From the IMG/VR virus record IMGVR_UViG_3300025018_000100: 64,000 nucleotides of DNA; one strand, 5' to 3'. Source of the stretch: a virus. Within the stretch, counting starts at the first letter, position 1, and each line of letters begins with the position of its first letter. Below are positions 9,499 to 20,306 of the stretch, one piece after another. The notes beneath the pieces are model-generated. The model did no database searches and was not told the origin of the DNA. It saw only the letters and a list, made by a program, of their open reading frames with translations. Both the position numbers and the translations under genes were made by a program.

Positions 9499-9527
9499 AT
9501 TATATTAAAAATTAAGCGTAATAGCAA
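9499..9527 (-). promoter_or_regulatory. sigma70-type promoter
   Basis: TTGCTA-17 nt-TATAAT on - strand. Confidence 0.7.
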
Positions 9528-9530
9528 ATA

Positions 9531-10118
9531 TTAATTTTTAATATTATCTATATGATCTTGAATCATATCGTGTAATGTTAAAATAGATGTTTTGGGTATA
9601 TTATATCCTTTTAAATAGGTTTCTAGGATATTCATTAAAGTATCTACTTGATCTACCGCTTCAAAAACTTTTTTCTCGGCCTCTCGTCTATTAAGAAGAC
9701 CTTTAATTACTCTACCATTATCATATTTCCAACGTAATAACTGATTTGCAGCTTCTATATAATCATTAGCATTTAGTTTTCTCAATAAAGTAGAAGTTTC
9801 AAAAGCTGTTTCTCCTACGTTATAAGTAAAACTAACTAATGCATCGAATTGATTTTGATTAATTTCTACATCTACAGAGTCATTAACTGAGGCTTCCGCC
9901 CATTTTACATCATGAGCAAGCCATACACTAGCTTGTTCAGGGGTGCAAGTCATTCCTTTAGTTACACGTTTCCCGTTGATTTTAGTAGTACCGTAACCAA
10001 TAGTCCATACCCCCCCTGTATCTAGGTATGCTTCATCTTCAAATCCTTCCCAGAATTGAATAAATTTTAATCCCTCTAATGAGAGAGACATTCTATTTTT
10101 AAGTCCCATATCCTTCAC
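9531..10118 (-). CDS. Endolysin, GH24 lysozyme (start may be ATG at 10091)
   Basis: FWEG...AYLDTGGVWTIGYGTT catalytic E-D-T, QFDALVSFTYNVG, GLLNRREAE. Confidence 0.95.
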   Translation of the reverse strand: MKDMGLKNRMSLSLEGLKFIQFWEGFEDEAYLDTGGVWTIGYGTTKINGKRVTKGMTCTPEQASVWLAHDVKWAEASVNDSVDVEINQNQFDALVSFTYNVGETAFETSTLLRKLNANDYIEAANQLLRWKYDNGRVIKGLLNRREAEKKVFEAVDQVDTLMNILETYLKGYNIPKTSILTLHDMIQDHIDNIKN

Positions 10119-11085
10119 CTGCCTTCCAATTTTTTATTTCGCCAGTTGTTAAATCTTCTTCTATTTTTTCTCTGCTGCTTATAATCTTTCCGCACTGGCT
10201 TTTGCAGAGTTTGAAACTTCTATCATATCCATGTAAAAAGCTTTGGAGTTTTTCCCAGTAATCTTTCTCAAGTATTTTTTGAATGGGGACATGAAAACCA
10301 TTGAACATATTTTCAAACTTTGTAGGATAATAGAATCGGTCATTAACTTTATCATAATAATGGCCTCCAGTCCAACAGCATCTAAAAACATTACCGTCTG
10401 GAGACACATACCATTTACCCCAGTCATACCAACTACATATAATTTTTTTAGGTAATTTTTCAATCTTTTCCACCTTCTTTGCGTGCACAAAAGGACCGGA
10501 TGTTGGAGCTCTAAAGTCTCTATTAGTTTTTACAGTACTAAAAGTAGTAAAACCCAACTCTTTAGCTCTTTTATGGGCTTCCTCAACTTGATGCTCATTG
10601 TAATCAAATACTATATATTTCCAGTGTACTTTAGGTCTATTAGTAGAAATAACAGCACATGCATTACGTATAACATTCTCGTATTTAGTATTAATTCTAT
10701 ATATATGATGTGTATCTTCTAACCCATCAATATCAAAATTAATTATATCTTTATCAGTAAGTATATTACCTACATCAATCCAATAATCTTCTGAGTGAAT
10801 AGCTCCATTAGTATGAATTATTATTTTAGTATCATGTTCTTTGACATAACTAATAATTTCTCTAAATTCTTTATTCATTATACTATCACCAAAATTACCG
10901 TTAATTACTAACCATTCTAAATTATTTAAAAGTTCACTATTAAATAAAATTTTAAAATTCTCTAAGGTAATAGTATATTTTTTATCGTTAAGATTAATAC
11001 GTAAAGGCTTCATTCTATGACAAGCTGGGCACTGAGCGTTACATCTAAAAGTAAGTTCCGTACTTATTTGTTTATATTTCTTCAT
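10099..11085 (-). CDS. Radical SAM protein with Cys-rich C-terminal (SPASM/twitch-like) domain
   Basis: CNAQCPAC; HTNG; DIDG; C-terminal C...GNVFRCC...CKSQC. Confidence 0.9.
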   Translation of the reverse strand: MKKYKQISTELTFRCNAQCPACHRMKPLRINLNDKKYTITLENFKILFNSELLNNLEWLVINGNFGDSIMNKEFREIISYVKEHDTKIIIHTNGAIHSEDYWIDVGNILTDKDIINFDIDGLEDTHHIYRINTKYENVIRNACAVISTNRPKVHWKYIVFDYNEHQVEEAHKRAKELGFTTFSTVKTNRDFRAPTSGPFVHAKKVEKIEKLPKKIICSWYDWGKWYVSPDGNVFRCCWTGGHYYDKVNDRFYYPTKFENMFNGFHVPIQKILEKDYWEKLQSFLHGYDRSFKLCKSQCGKIISSREKIEEDLTTGEIKNWKAGEGYGT

Positions 11086-12605
11086 TATGGTTTGTAAAAA
11101 GCGTTAATTATAATATACTCCCCCTCTATCATTGTTGTGTCTATAAATTGTATTGTATTATTTCCAGTGTTAAGTACCCACTCATTTTCAGGCTGAGCTA
11201 CCCCTCCTAAAAATATACTAACATACTCTGCACCGGGGATAGTACCTGGTGCACCTACAAAGTAAATATTGCTAGACGTAGAAGTAACTGTATTAGTCCA
11301 AGGAATTACATTAATAGTAGCACCAATAGAAGCAATATTATCTTGTAATACATTTAAATTAGCTGTTAAGCTAAGATAACTGTTGTAATCATTAGCCATA
11401 GCGGCGATATAAGTAGCATAGTCATTAGCTTTATATTCGGTTCCTAGTTGATTATATGTTGAAAAATCATTAGCTTTTGCAGAATTAAAGGTAGTTAAAT
11501 CATTAGCCATAGCTGCTAAATAAGTAACAACGTCATTAGCTCTGTAATCATTAGTTATTTGTGTATAAGTAGTATAATCATTTGCGTTAGCAAAAGTAAA
11601 AGTTATACTATCGTTAGCTTGATAATCTTGTCGTCTAGCTATATCATCAGCGCTTGTTAAAGGTCCTGTACCTAATCTAAATTTACTACCACTACCGCTT
11701 GCGTATACAATATTAGCTAATATTTGGTTATTGCTACCTGTTATTGCTAATCCTGCACCCTCTGCTGTAGCATCAGTACCGTTCCAGTTTACTGCAATAG
11801 TTGTATCTTCGCTAGTAACTGTTTCTGTATTAGCGGTAAAGCTATTTCCTTCAACAGTAACGTTACCTATAATAATAACATCACCCTGAAATATCTTTAG
11901 AGGGGCTGTAAATTCATCAGTCCCAGCTAAAATAGCATTATAAGTTGCAAAATCATTTGCATTAAATGAAGACTGTATATCAGAATATTCTTGACCATCA
12001 AGTAAATCAGCATTTAACCCACTACCTGGACCATCATTACCTTCATGCCAAATTACAGAACTACCACCAGAATAAGGACTAGTTCCGAATTCCCATCTGT
12101 TATTAGGTAAACTATAGGTTAACGCATTAGCGGTTTGTAGTACATTTTCTTTTTTAGGTATTAAATAAACCACCCCTAGATCATTAGTAATAATAGCTAT
12201 ACCGTTAGCAGAAGCACTATTAGCATTTTCTAATACTTCAAGACCTATACTATTAGGGGCTACTCTAATATCTAATGATCCAGTCATTACATCACCAGTT
12301 ACATTAACAAAATCATTAGTTACTTGAAGAAAAGTAGCATAGTCATTTGCAAGAGCAGCTTGATAAGTAAGATAATCATTAGCTTTAGATTGTAAAAACG
12401 TAGCAAAATCATTTGCTCTAAATGCATTAGTAGTAGTACTAACATTACTTTGCACTGCTGATACGTTAGCAGTTTCATCTAGTTTTGTTATGTCTATTGA
12501 ACCGTTAATATAGTGTCTATTTTCAATCTGATTAGATTGAATATTATAGCCCATAATGGTATTACTACTAATTACACTATTAGTTACTTTTGTTAAGTCT
12601 GACAT
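11085..12605 (-). CDS. Tail fibre protein with AND(F/Y) coiled-coil repeats
   Basis: IWHEGNDGPGSGLNADLLDG fibre motif; about a dozen AND-type repeats. Confidence 0.75.
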   Translation of the reverse strand: MSDLTKVTNSVISSNTIMGYNIQSNQIENRHYINGSIDITKLDETANVSAVQSNVSTTTNAFRANDFATFLQSKANDYLTYQAALANDYATFLQVTNDFVNVTGDVMTGSLDIRVAPNSIGLEVLENANSASANGIAIITNDLGVVYLIPKKENVLQTANALTYSLPNNRWEFGTSPYSGGSSVIWHEGNDGPGSGLNADLLDGQEYSDIQSSFNANDFATYNAILAGTDEFTAPLKIFQGDVIIIGNVTVEGNSFTANTETVTSEDTTIAVNWNGTDATAEGAGLAITGSNNQILANIVYASGSGSKFRLGTGPLTSADDIARRQDYQANDSITFTFANANDYTTYTQITNDYRANDVVTYLAAMANDLTTFNSAKANDFSTYNQLGTEYKANDYATYIAAMANDYNSYLSLTANLNVLQDNIASIGATINVIPWTNTVTSTSSNIYFVGAPGTIPGAEYVSIFLGGVAQPENEWVLNTGNNTIQFIDTTMIEGEYIIINAFYKP

Positions 12606-12620
12606 TTATATACCTGAAGA

Positions 12621-13067
12621 TTATTTATCTTCTTCCTCTATTTCAGCAAAAAATTCTGCTAAAAGGTCTTTTTGCTGAACAGGTGTGTTTTCTGTTTCAC
12701 TAAAAAACTCATCAATAAATTTCTGAACCTGTTCATCGTTAGATGGTGGTTTATTGAGGTCATCGTAGCTACCTGCAATAGCTTTATTAGCTATATCATC
12801 ACATATAGTCTGTTCTTCTTTAGTTAAAATTTGAATTGAACCATCTAACCAAGATTTTGTTGTCACATTGACGGGTTGTTCAATATAAATAAAATAAACA
12901 TCCCCATCTAATAACGTAAACCCGTCTTCTATCTCTAAAAATTTATCAAGAGGAAATCCATTTTTATAAAAAGATTTATTTCCTTCTTCATCTTTACCTC
13001 TTAATTCTAATGTAAACCTATTAATACTCTCGTCGAAAGTAATTTTTTTATAACTTATTTCTTTCAT
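12621..13067 (-). CDS. Acidic hypothetical protein (possible fibre chaperone)
   Basis: GAGG RBS; between two fibre genes. Confidence 0.55.
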   Translation of the reverse strand: MKEISYKKITFDESINRFTLELRGKDEEGNKSFYKNGFPLDKFLEIEDGFTLLDGDVYFIYIEQPVNVTTKSWLDGSIQILTKEEQTICDDIANKAIAGSYDDLNKPPSNDEQVQKFIDEFFSETENTPVQQKDLLAEFFAEIEEEDK

Positions 13068-13077
13068 GTTTTTCCTC

Positions 13078-14241
13078 TTAATATTTAATTATATAATTTA
13101 AAGCAGTTACCGGGTTAGTAATTGTATGAGTGTGCCCACTCTCAGGTTGAACATCTGTAAGGACGTTAGTAGTAGTACTATCTTTTGCGCTAGCTGCAAC
13201 AGTTGTAGTAACATTAGTGTGATCGTGACTACCCCCACCACCACTTGTTGTTTCTCCAGAACTGTTAACACTAGTACTTGAAGTAGTTCCTAAAGTCATA
13301 TTACCAGCACCTACTACAGATTTATTTTGTAGATTAGGTATATTAAACGTAGTTGACCCATCACCGACACCGTATATAGTACCAATTAGAGCAAATAAGG
13401 TTGCATATGTGGTTCTATTGATAGCTGTACCATCGCAGATAAACCATCCTACAGGTGCCGAAGACCCCGCAAAAGGTAATACAACTCCGGGAGGTAATAA
13501 ATCACCGAAGCTACCGGATTCACTTTCAAACTTTTTAAACTCAGCAGCTCTAATAGTATAAGGATTATTTAACCCATCAGTTACAGTCAGAGCGCTAGAA
13601 GAGGCATTGTGTGATACCATAGCGCTACTATTAATAGTATTAAAACTAATACTAGTATTACCGAAATCCGAATATAATTGAACAGCAGAAGTTAGATAAG
13701 TATCTTGATTATCGATATCAAACTTTTGTGCTGCGGTCCATACTCTAGAACTATCTGTTACACCTACATTACTACTTAATTTTTGTCCTGTGACTTGTCC
13801 ATTCCCAATCATATTAGTAGTAATACTTCCATTATTTGGAGGTATACCAATATCAACTATAATTCCCGCATTACTAGTTTTCATATATAGTCTAGAATTA
13901 GCGCCAACTGTTTTAAACAATTCTCCTACTTCGTAATCACTGCTAGAGTAGGAGCTTAAATCTTCAATTATTCTACTACCAATACCATTTACAGTGAAGC
14001 TACCAGCTCCCCCTTTAGTAAAGTTGTAATCTTTTATATATAATACACCGTTAGTAGAATTTCTCCATAGTAACCCGTCATCAGGAGTAGTAGCTACACC
14101 TTCTAACAAATAATTAGATGAAGTTGGTCTAGCAGGCCCATAAAAATTAGTAGCTAATGCTTTATGACTATTATTCCAAAAACCTCTAGCTAAGATTAAG
14201 GCTGTTGCGGCTGATGGTGTTGAGAAGGTATTTGAAACCAT
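13078..14241 (-). CDS. Tail fibre with phage tail collar domain
   Basis: PPGVVLPFAGSSAPVGWFICDG...LFALIGTIYGVGDGSTTFNIPNL; HDH and HTH motifs; LNYIIKY end. Confidence 0.9.
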   Translation of the reverse strand: MVSNTFSTPSAATALILARGFWNNSHKALATNFYGPARPTSSNYLLEGVATTPDDGLLWRNSTNGVLYIKDYNFTKGGAGSFTVNGIGSRIIEDLSSYSSSDYEVGELFKTVGANSRLYMKTSNAGIIVDIGIPPNNGSITTNMIGNGQVTGQKLSSNVGVTDSSRVWTAAQKFDIDNQDTYLTSAVQLYSDFGNTSISFNTINSSAMVSHNASSSALTVTDGLNNPYTIRAAEFKKFESESGSFGDLLPPGVVLPFAGSSAPVGWFICDGTAINRTTYATLFALIGTIYGVGDGSTTFNIPNLQNKSVVGAGNMTLGTTSSTSVNSSGETTSGGGGSHDHTNVTTTVAASAKDSTTTNVLTDVQPESGHTHTITNPVTALNYIIKY

Positions 14242-14247
14242 TTTATA

Positions 14248-17200
14248 TTAAACTCCTATTGCTGTTACTGTAACTTCTACACCTGTAACGGCTGATCCTG
14301 TATTGCTATACACATTTATATTTGCCCCATCTTTACTCCATCCAGGAATCAATACAGGTAAGTAGTTATTATCTGAACCTAAAGTCAATGTAATATTAGG
14401 TGGCTCAATAAATTGTCTGTTAGAGAAATCTATTGATTGTGGTGAAGTGGTAACAGTTATTGTTTCTGTATAAATTTTATTTTCTATATCAATGCTATAA
14501 TTAAGTTTATCTAGTAAATAATCTGCCTGATTAGGTTGTGAGTTTTGTACATTAAATCTAACTTGAAACCAACGGAAATTAATAGTAGAGCCACCATAAG
14601 GCTTCCAACCATCATTTGTAACCCCATCAGAGAATACTAGAGCATTAACATTACCGTTCGCATAGTAAGGATTAGCTGTAGTATATCTATACTCTAAGTT
14701 AGTATCAATAATACCGTTTTGTCCTTGGAAAGTTAATTGACCAGTATCATCAATAAATTGTTCTAAATTCACTAACTCATAACTAGTAGAACTATTAATA
14801 TTAGATAATAAATTAGTACCTGTTGGCATACCGTTAGCCCAATAACTATCACCTAGTGCTATAGCATTAGCGTTTATTACTCCAGCTATTAACGCCCAAC
14901 TATTAGCATTGGCATCGTCTCCAACATACTGTCCAGCATTCCAAATAGCATAAACATTTCCTGCATCTCCACCACTTGTGAGAGTACGGAAGTATGAATT
15001 ATATGATACAACAGCAGCCGTAGCATTGTCAAATCCTAAAATATGACCTATTCCCCCGAAATCTACGTCTACTAATACGTTATCTCCTGGAGAAGTTTCT
15101 GTAGCACCTGTTAAAATAATTTCTTTTAAGTCATTAAAAGTAGATGTTATACCCTGAGAACCATTAGCAGTTACAATAATACTTCCAGTAATTACGGAAC
15201 CCACATCTCTGATTTGAGTAGTATAAGTAGCGTTATCATCAGCTAAAAGATCAGTAGGACTACCACTAATAACAGTCCAACCAGAACTAGAACCATTAGC
15301 ATTATCTACAAGTCCAGAAGATGCACTACTTAAGCCACCTAAACTATCTGCAAAACTAGGATAATTATTTTCAAAAGGAGCTTCATTTGGTTGTCCCGTG
15401 ATAATGTTACTTGAAGGTTCGTCTTCACTCCAAGCTTTATATGCATCAATTCTAGCAGGTCTTTGTGTACTAATTGTTAATGTTCTAATTTCTTCACTCT
15501 CATTACTGCTAGTATCTTTAGTCTTAAAGAAATAGGTATAAACTCCATAATTTCCAATACTTAGAGTTACACTATTTGCAGGGGTAGCTACCTTAGCTAC
15601 AGGATCAGCAATAGGCCATTTACTAGCAGCATCAGCTGGGTCTACAATACCTCCAAGTCTTTTAATAATTATTTCATTTAGATCTAAATCAACAACAGTC
15701 CCGTCAGAATTAGTAGGAACCTTCCAAATAAACTTAAGAGTTTGTCCTTCTTGGCCCCCTGCTACTCCTTGAATATTTAAAGGAGGTGCAGATTTACCAA
15801 TTATACTTTGAGAAGCTTCAGCAGTAATACCACGTATACCTTTATTTAAAGGTACAACTCTAACAGTAATACTATTAATAGCAGAAATTCTGCCTCTATC
15901 AAGGTTATTAATAACATAACGAATCTTACCATCTGAGTCAATACCAGAGGCTGGAAGTTTAACAGTATTAAAAGTGGATAAATCTGCGCTAGAAGAGTTT
16001 AATTTGAAACTAACTTCGTAGTCACTAACTTCTTGATCTAAAATAGCATCAAAAGATATTACAGCTCTTACTATAATCCCTTGTGAAGTATCCTTATAAA
16101 GTTGCTCACTGATAGTAAGATTATCTACTTTTTTAATAGGTATTTCATTAATTTGTACTTCTTTTCTAACAAAAGGGCTTCTTCTACCGCTACTATTCAT
16201 ATTTCTAGCTCTAACTATACTAATTCCCGGATTAACGTCTTTCAATACTCTATCCGAAGACAGTGTTACAGGTTTAAAATCTAAGGGAACTTGAATATTG
16301 TATAATTGATTATTAGCTAAGTTAAAGTTACCTGTATACACATTTTCATTGTAATCTAAAGAAAAACTGTTAGCTACTACATCAACATTACCTATTAGAC
16401 CTACGATATCATTACTGATGTTAACAAAAGTTAAGCCGGAAACATTAGCTTTGATATTATCTCTTAATTCTATTTCATAAAAATTAGCAGTAGTCAAATC
16501 AACATTGTATGTAGGACTACTAATATCATAACTTACATTAGCTACAGCATATACGTTTTCTGAATAAAAACTAATATTATCACCAATTTCTACAGCAGGG
16601 GCAGTATAATAGTCTACTCTTGTTTTTAGTAAGCGAGTACCACTACTAATATCTAAGGTGATATTAGATAAATTATCCCAAACCCATGCACCTTTTGGTT
16701 CGATATTACCATCTACCCATACAGTTATTTCATTACTAGTTCTTGGTTTAATTTTAAGATCAAAAGTATTACTTCCTGTAAGGTTTTCAACATTATTTAC
16801 TACTTGTCTGTATTTATTTGAGCCAGTAATATAAAACTTTTTACTAGTAAAAAATCTAGTATCAATAATTTGTGCTAGCTTAGCATAAAAAGGTGGTGTA
16901 GGTAATACATCAAATAGCCCGACTCCTTGAGATTGTTCATTTTCAAAAGTAATAGTATTAGCACTAATATTATAAGATAAAATATTACTACTATATTGAG
17001 TTACGCTAGGATTGTATCCCACAAAATCTAATGCAGCTCCGGTATTAGATTTTTCATTAACAGGTACAGAAATGTAGTCTAAACCTTTTAGTCCATTAAA
17101 AAAGCCATCATTAACCTCTAAAAGGTGGTTAGAAAAATTTTTATCTTCTAACAAATTTAACCCTTCAACATTTAGCAATACATTAGAATCCATATCAATA

Positions 17201-17331
17201 GAAGATATTTCGGTTACTAATATAGGAATAGTTCCGGCTATACCTATAAATCCATTTTTTCCTGTTATAGCAGCAGTGTCTCCATTAGAAACATCACCTA
17301 TACTATTAGCTGTAAAATATAAACTTGCCAT
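14248..17331 (-). CDS. Large tail-tip protein with fibronectin III-like domains (J C-terminal / T5 pb4-like)
   Basis: VRARN.SGRRS, VRVVPLN, IGKSAPPLNI, YFFKTKDTSSNES FN3 patterns; follows hub gene. Confidence 0.7.
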   Translation of the reverse strand: MASLYFTANSIGDVSNGDTAAITGKNGFIGIAGTIPILVTEISSIDMDSNVLLNVEGLNLLEDKNFSNHLLEVNDGFFNGLKGLDYISVPVNEKSNTGAALDFVGYNPSVTQYSSNILSYNISANTITFENEQSQGVGLFDVLPTPPFYAKLAQIIDTRFFTSKKFYITGSNKYRQVVNNVENLTGSNTFDLKIKPRTSNEITVWVDGNIEPKGAWVWDNLSNITLDISSGTRLLKTRVDYYTAPAVEIGDNISFYSENVYAVANVSYDISSPTYNVDLTTANFYEIELRDNIKANVSGLTFVNISNDIVGLIGNVDVVANSFSLDYNENVYTGNFNLANNQLYNIQVPLDFKPVTLSSDRVLKDVNPGISIVRARNMNSSGRRSPFVRKEVQINEIPIKKVDNLTISEQLYKDTSQGIIVRAVISFDAILDQEVSDYEVSFKLNSSSADLSTFNTVKLPASGIDSDGKIRYVINNLDRGRISAINSITVRVVPLNKGIRGITAEASQSIIGKSAPPLNIQGVAGGQEGQTLKFIWKVPTNSDGTVVDLDLNEIIIKRLGGIVDPADAASKWPIADPVAKVATPANSVTLSIGNYGVYTYFFKTKDTSSNESEEIRTLTISTQRPARIDAYKAWSEDEPSSNIITGQPNEAPFENNYPSFADSLGGLSSASSGLVDNANGSSSGWTVISGSPTDLLADDNATYTTQIRDVGSVITGSIIVTANGSQGITSTFNDLKEIILTGATETSPGDNVLVDVDFGGIGHILGFDNATAAVVSYNSYFRTLTSGGDAGNVYAIWNAGQYVGDDANANSWALIAGVINANAIALGDSYWANGMPTGTNLLSNINSSTSYELVNLEQFIDDTGQLTFQGQNGIIDTNLEYRYTTANPYYANGNVNALVFSDGVTNDGWKPYGGSTINFRWFQVRFNVQNSQPNQADYLLDKLNYSIDIENKIYTETITVTTSPQSIDFSNRQFIEPPNITLTLGSDNNYLPVLIPGWSKDGANINVYSNTGSAVTGVEVTVTAIGV

Positions 17332-20306
17332 TAATTAATTCTCTCAATAATTTTAGTAGATGAAGGACTAGCGTATTCAAACTCAGTTCTTAAATCTAGT
17401 GGATATGCCGAAGTATCAGTTCTAGCATCAATTTCTAATTCATATGTTGTAGACCCATCAGCTAACCTTCTAGCTCTTGGTATTACATTTAATATAGGTG
17501 CTGGTGGAGCAATTAATGGACTGATAGTATCTATATATTTAACAGGAATATAATTTATAAGAGTATCACTATCAATATAAACATTAGATACATATTCACT
17601 AGCAGAAATCTGAATTTGGTCATCACCTCTTCTAGTTAATTGATTAACTTTGAATAATTTCTCACCTTGATTGGTATAAAAATTAGATGGGTCAATCTCC
17701 CCAATGGACCATAAGTCTCCTTTTACTGGGACATTATTACTAGTCCAATCTATATTAAAACCAAAAGTACTAAAAGTTTTGGAGTCTGGAATAAATCTTT
17801 GACTTACCGCTACCTCTACAAGATCAATACCAGATTGAGTATTGCCTGTTACATCAGCAGAAAAAGTGTTTGATAATAAATATAAACTTAATCTATCAGA
17901 TTCCATATTAATTACTCGTAATGCGAGAGGTTTCGTATTACTAGTAAATACGCTCTGACTTAATGCAGGAGAGGTAAAATGTTCTAATATAACAGTATCT
18001 TCTCCTATAACAGAATTACTAGCCACCCTTCCTGCGTAACCCCAAGCAGTTCCCGGCATTCTTTGAGATACACTAATAACATCACCGATAGTTAAATTAA
18101 CCGCTTCACTAGGAACGGTGAAATCAATTTTTCTTCTAATATATTTAGTAGATGCAATTAAATATTGAGCAAACCTAATAGCTTGCCCTCGTCTAGTACA
18201 ACCAGTAGCTTCAATTTGTTTTACATTCTCAATTTGATTTAATTCTCTTAAAGATTGAGGATCGTCTACTCGTACTGTTTCTCTCTTATAATGGTTATTA
18301 GGTTCAATATAACTAATTTCTACTCCGGTAATTAATTCTGATTCCTTAATACCGCTAATATTAACACTATCTTTGATAATATTAGCTTCACTGAAGTGAG
18401 CTACAGGAACTTCGTCGGGTAAATCCACATTAAGAGTAATTTTACCCCCACTATAGAATAGTACTCCACGGAAAATAGCAGCTACCTTCTGAATAATATC
18501 AAAAACCTGAGCCTGTGAACTTAATAATAAATCACAAATAAATCTACGCTCTTTAATAGCAATACCTGCATTTAGCCCGATTAATGCCTCGTTTACGGCA
18601 GTAAATCTATTTCTAGGCTTATATCTAAATGTACTGTCACTATATCCTACTACCCCATCAAATCTGCCGGTTTTTGGATTTACAGCATCACAGTATTGAG
18701 CAATTTTATAGAATCTATATTTATCAATATTAGCTTCTGGTATACCTAAACCATAAGTTGAATTAGTTAAAATATCATATAAAATCCAAGCAGGATTCTG
18801 AGTCCAAGCATAACTAAAAGTTCCGTCCCAAAAACCTTTGTAAATTTCTGGGTTATCTTCTGTTAGTACGGTACTACCAGTAGCCTGAAGTCTATATCCA
18901 TTAGCTTGGTAGCTGTTAATATTTGTTCCTGTAGGATCATTTACTACTTCTATTTCTCGCCAATCCACTTGGAAAGTAGAACTATTAAAGTCGGGAATAA
19001 TAGGCTGATTATAATTACTAGGTACCTTACATAACATACCTTTTACAATAGAGGTAAATGTTGGAATACCGCCTCGATATTCTGCAACAGCTTTAATAGC
19101 ATAGCCGATTACAGCTGTTCTTGTGTAAGCTACATCTTCGTGAGTTATTTCATCCCAAGAAATAAACTGAATAGCATCCTGAATTTTAGAACTATCACTG
19201 TCATTACTAGTTTTTTCTATAGTAAATCTATGACCACTAGAGCTTTTTGAAGCTTCTGGAATGGGAATATCGACAGTATATTTATACTGTACGTTAGTTT
19301 TCCCATCAATAGTAATAGGTTTTTCTGCAATTATATTAGAACCCGTATTATCATATACAGTAATCTTAGTAGCTACACTCCCAGAAAAAACATTTCCTTT
19401 ATCATCCATAGTTTGTAAAGCATTAATAACGAATACAAATCTTAGTACATCAATTCTAGACACACTAGTGTTTTGTAATACTACAGCAGCTCTAGGAATA
19501 CCTTCTAAATTACCTTTCTTTAGAGTAACAGGGTTACTTAGAGATTGAGGTACGACTGTTTCTTCACCAAAAATGTTTAGAGGTGTTTGAGTTAATGTAC
19601 CTGTAGTACTATCAGTATAAAAATATTCAGTGTTAATAGTACCATCAGTACTTAGATTAAGTAAGTCATCAATGTTACCATCATTAATTTCAATATCCTG
19701 AGGACCGTTTGGGTTAATTCTATATACAGGACCTTCACTAAGAGCTACAGTAACAAACATAATATCTGTAGAAAACAAATTATTTGGACTTTCTACCCCA
19801 GGGGCTGCAGTAGCACCCTTTCCACCACCTTTATTATGAACTAAAATATTATTAGCTATATAAGTATGATTATTTTCTACGGTTAAATTATACACAATAT
19901 CAACTTCTTTAGTAGTTTTACTAGCAATAGCTGTCATAGTACCAGTTTCTTGTACTAAACAATCTCCCTCTTTAAGAAGGCTTGCAGGTAAAAAGTCACC
20001 ATCTGGGGTTAAAATCCAGTGGTTATCTGTTACTACTAATTCGGTTTTATTCCATAATTTAAATACATGTACAGTATGTTTCTGTTCATGAATGTGAATT
20101 TGTGTTACTCTTTGTTGAGTAAAATTACCTTCACTATCATAACTAGTAACGTAAGTATCAACTCTAATATCTTCAATAGCAAGTTGACCGTTAGCTGTAG
20201 ATATCAAAGTACCTTCAGCGAAGCAACCACCCTTCCCGCCATGAATAAATGGAACTTTTTTATCTGCTATATTGAAATAATATTTAAAATTGTGGTTATT
20301 AAACAT
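17331..20306 (-). CDS. Central tail hub / tip attachment protein J with N-terminal Hint domain
   Basis: LSEGPV, VKGMLCKVPSNY, WTQNPAWILYD, IAQYCD, GCTRRGQAIR typical of lambda J-like proteins. Confidence 0.9.
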   Translation of the reverse strand: MFNNHNFKYYFNIADKKVPFIHGGKGGCFAEGTLISTANGQLAIEDIRVDTYVTSYDSEGNFTQQRVTQIHIHEQKHTVHVFKLWNKTELVVTDNHWILTPDGDFLPASLLKEGDCLVQETGTMTAIASKTTKEVDIVYNLTVENNHTYIANNILVHNKGGGKGATAAPGVESPNNLFSTDIMFVTVALSEGPVYRINPNGPQDIEINDGNIDDLLNLSTDGTINTEYFYTDSTTGTLTQTPLNIFGEETVVPQSLSNPVTLKKGNLEGIPRAAVVLQNTSVSRIDVLRFVFVINALQTMDDKGNVFSGSVATKITVYDNTGSNIIAEKPITIDGKTNVQYKYTVDIPIPEASKSSSGHRFTIEKTSNDSDSSKIQDAIQFISWDEITHEDVAYTRTAVIGYAIKAVAEYRGGIPTFTSIVKGMLCKVPSNYNQPIIPDFNSSTFQVDWREIEVVNDPTGTNINSYQANGYRLQATGSTVLTEDNPEIYKGFWDGTFSYAWTQNPAWILYDILTNSTYGLGIPEANIDKYRFYKIAQYCDAVNPKTGRFDGVVGYSDSTFRYKPRNRFTAVNEALIGLNAGIAIKERRFICDLLLSSQAQVFDIIQKVAAIFRGVLFYSGGKITLNVDLPDEVPVAHFSEANIIKDSVNISGIKESELITGVEISYIEPNNHYKRETVRVDDPQSLRELNQIENVKQIEATGCTRRGQAIRFAQYLIASTKYIRRKIDFTVPSEAVNLTIGDVISVSQRMPGTAWGYAGRVASNSVIGEDTVILEHFTSPALSQSVFTSNTKPLALRVINMESDRLSLYLLSNTFSADVTGNTQSGIDLVEVAVSQRFIPDSKTFSTFGFNIDWTSNNVPVKGDLWSIGEIDPSNFYTNQGEKLFKVNQLTRRGDDQIQISASEYVSNVYIDSDTLINYIPVKYIDTISPLIAPPAPILNVIPRARRLADGSTTYELEIDARTDTSAYPLDLRTEFEYASPSSTKIIERIN
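19833..20225 (-). other. Hint (intein-like) domain, 131 aa, no endonuclease
   Basis: CFAEGTLI start, VTDNH block B, VYNLTVENNHTYIANNILVHN end; +1 residue is Lys. Confidence 0.9.

Noticed and set aside
19833-20225. Mobile intein with homing endonuclease
   Set aside because: Only 131 aa, no endonuclease motifs, Lys at +1
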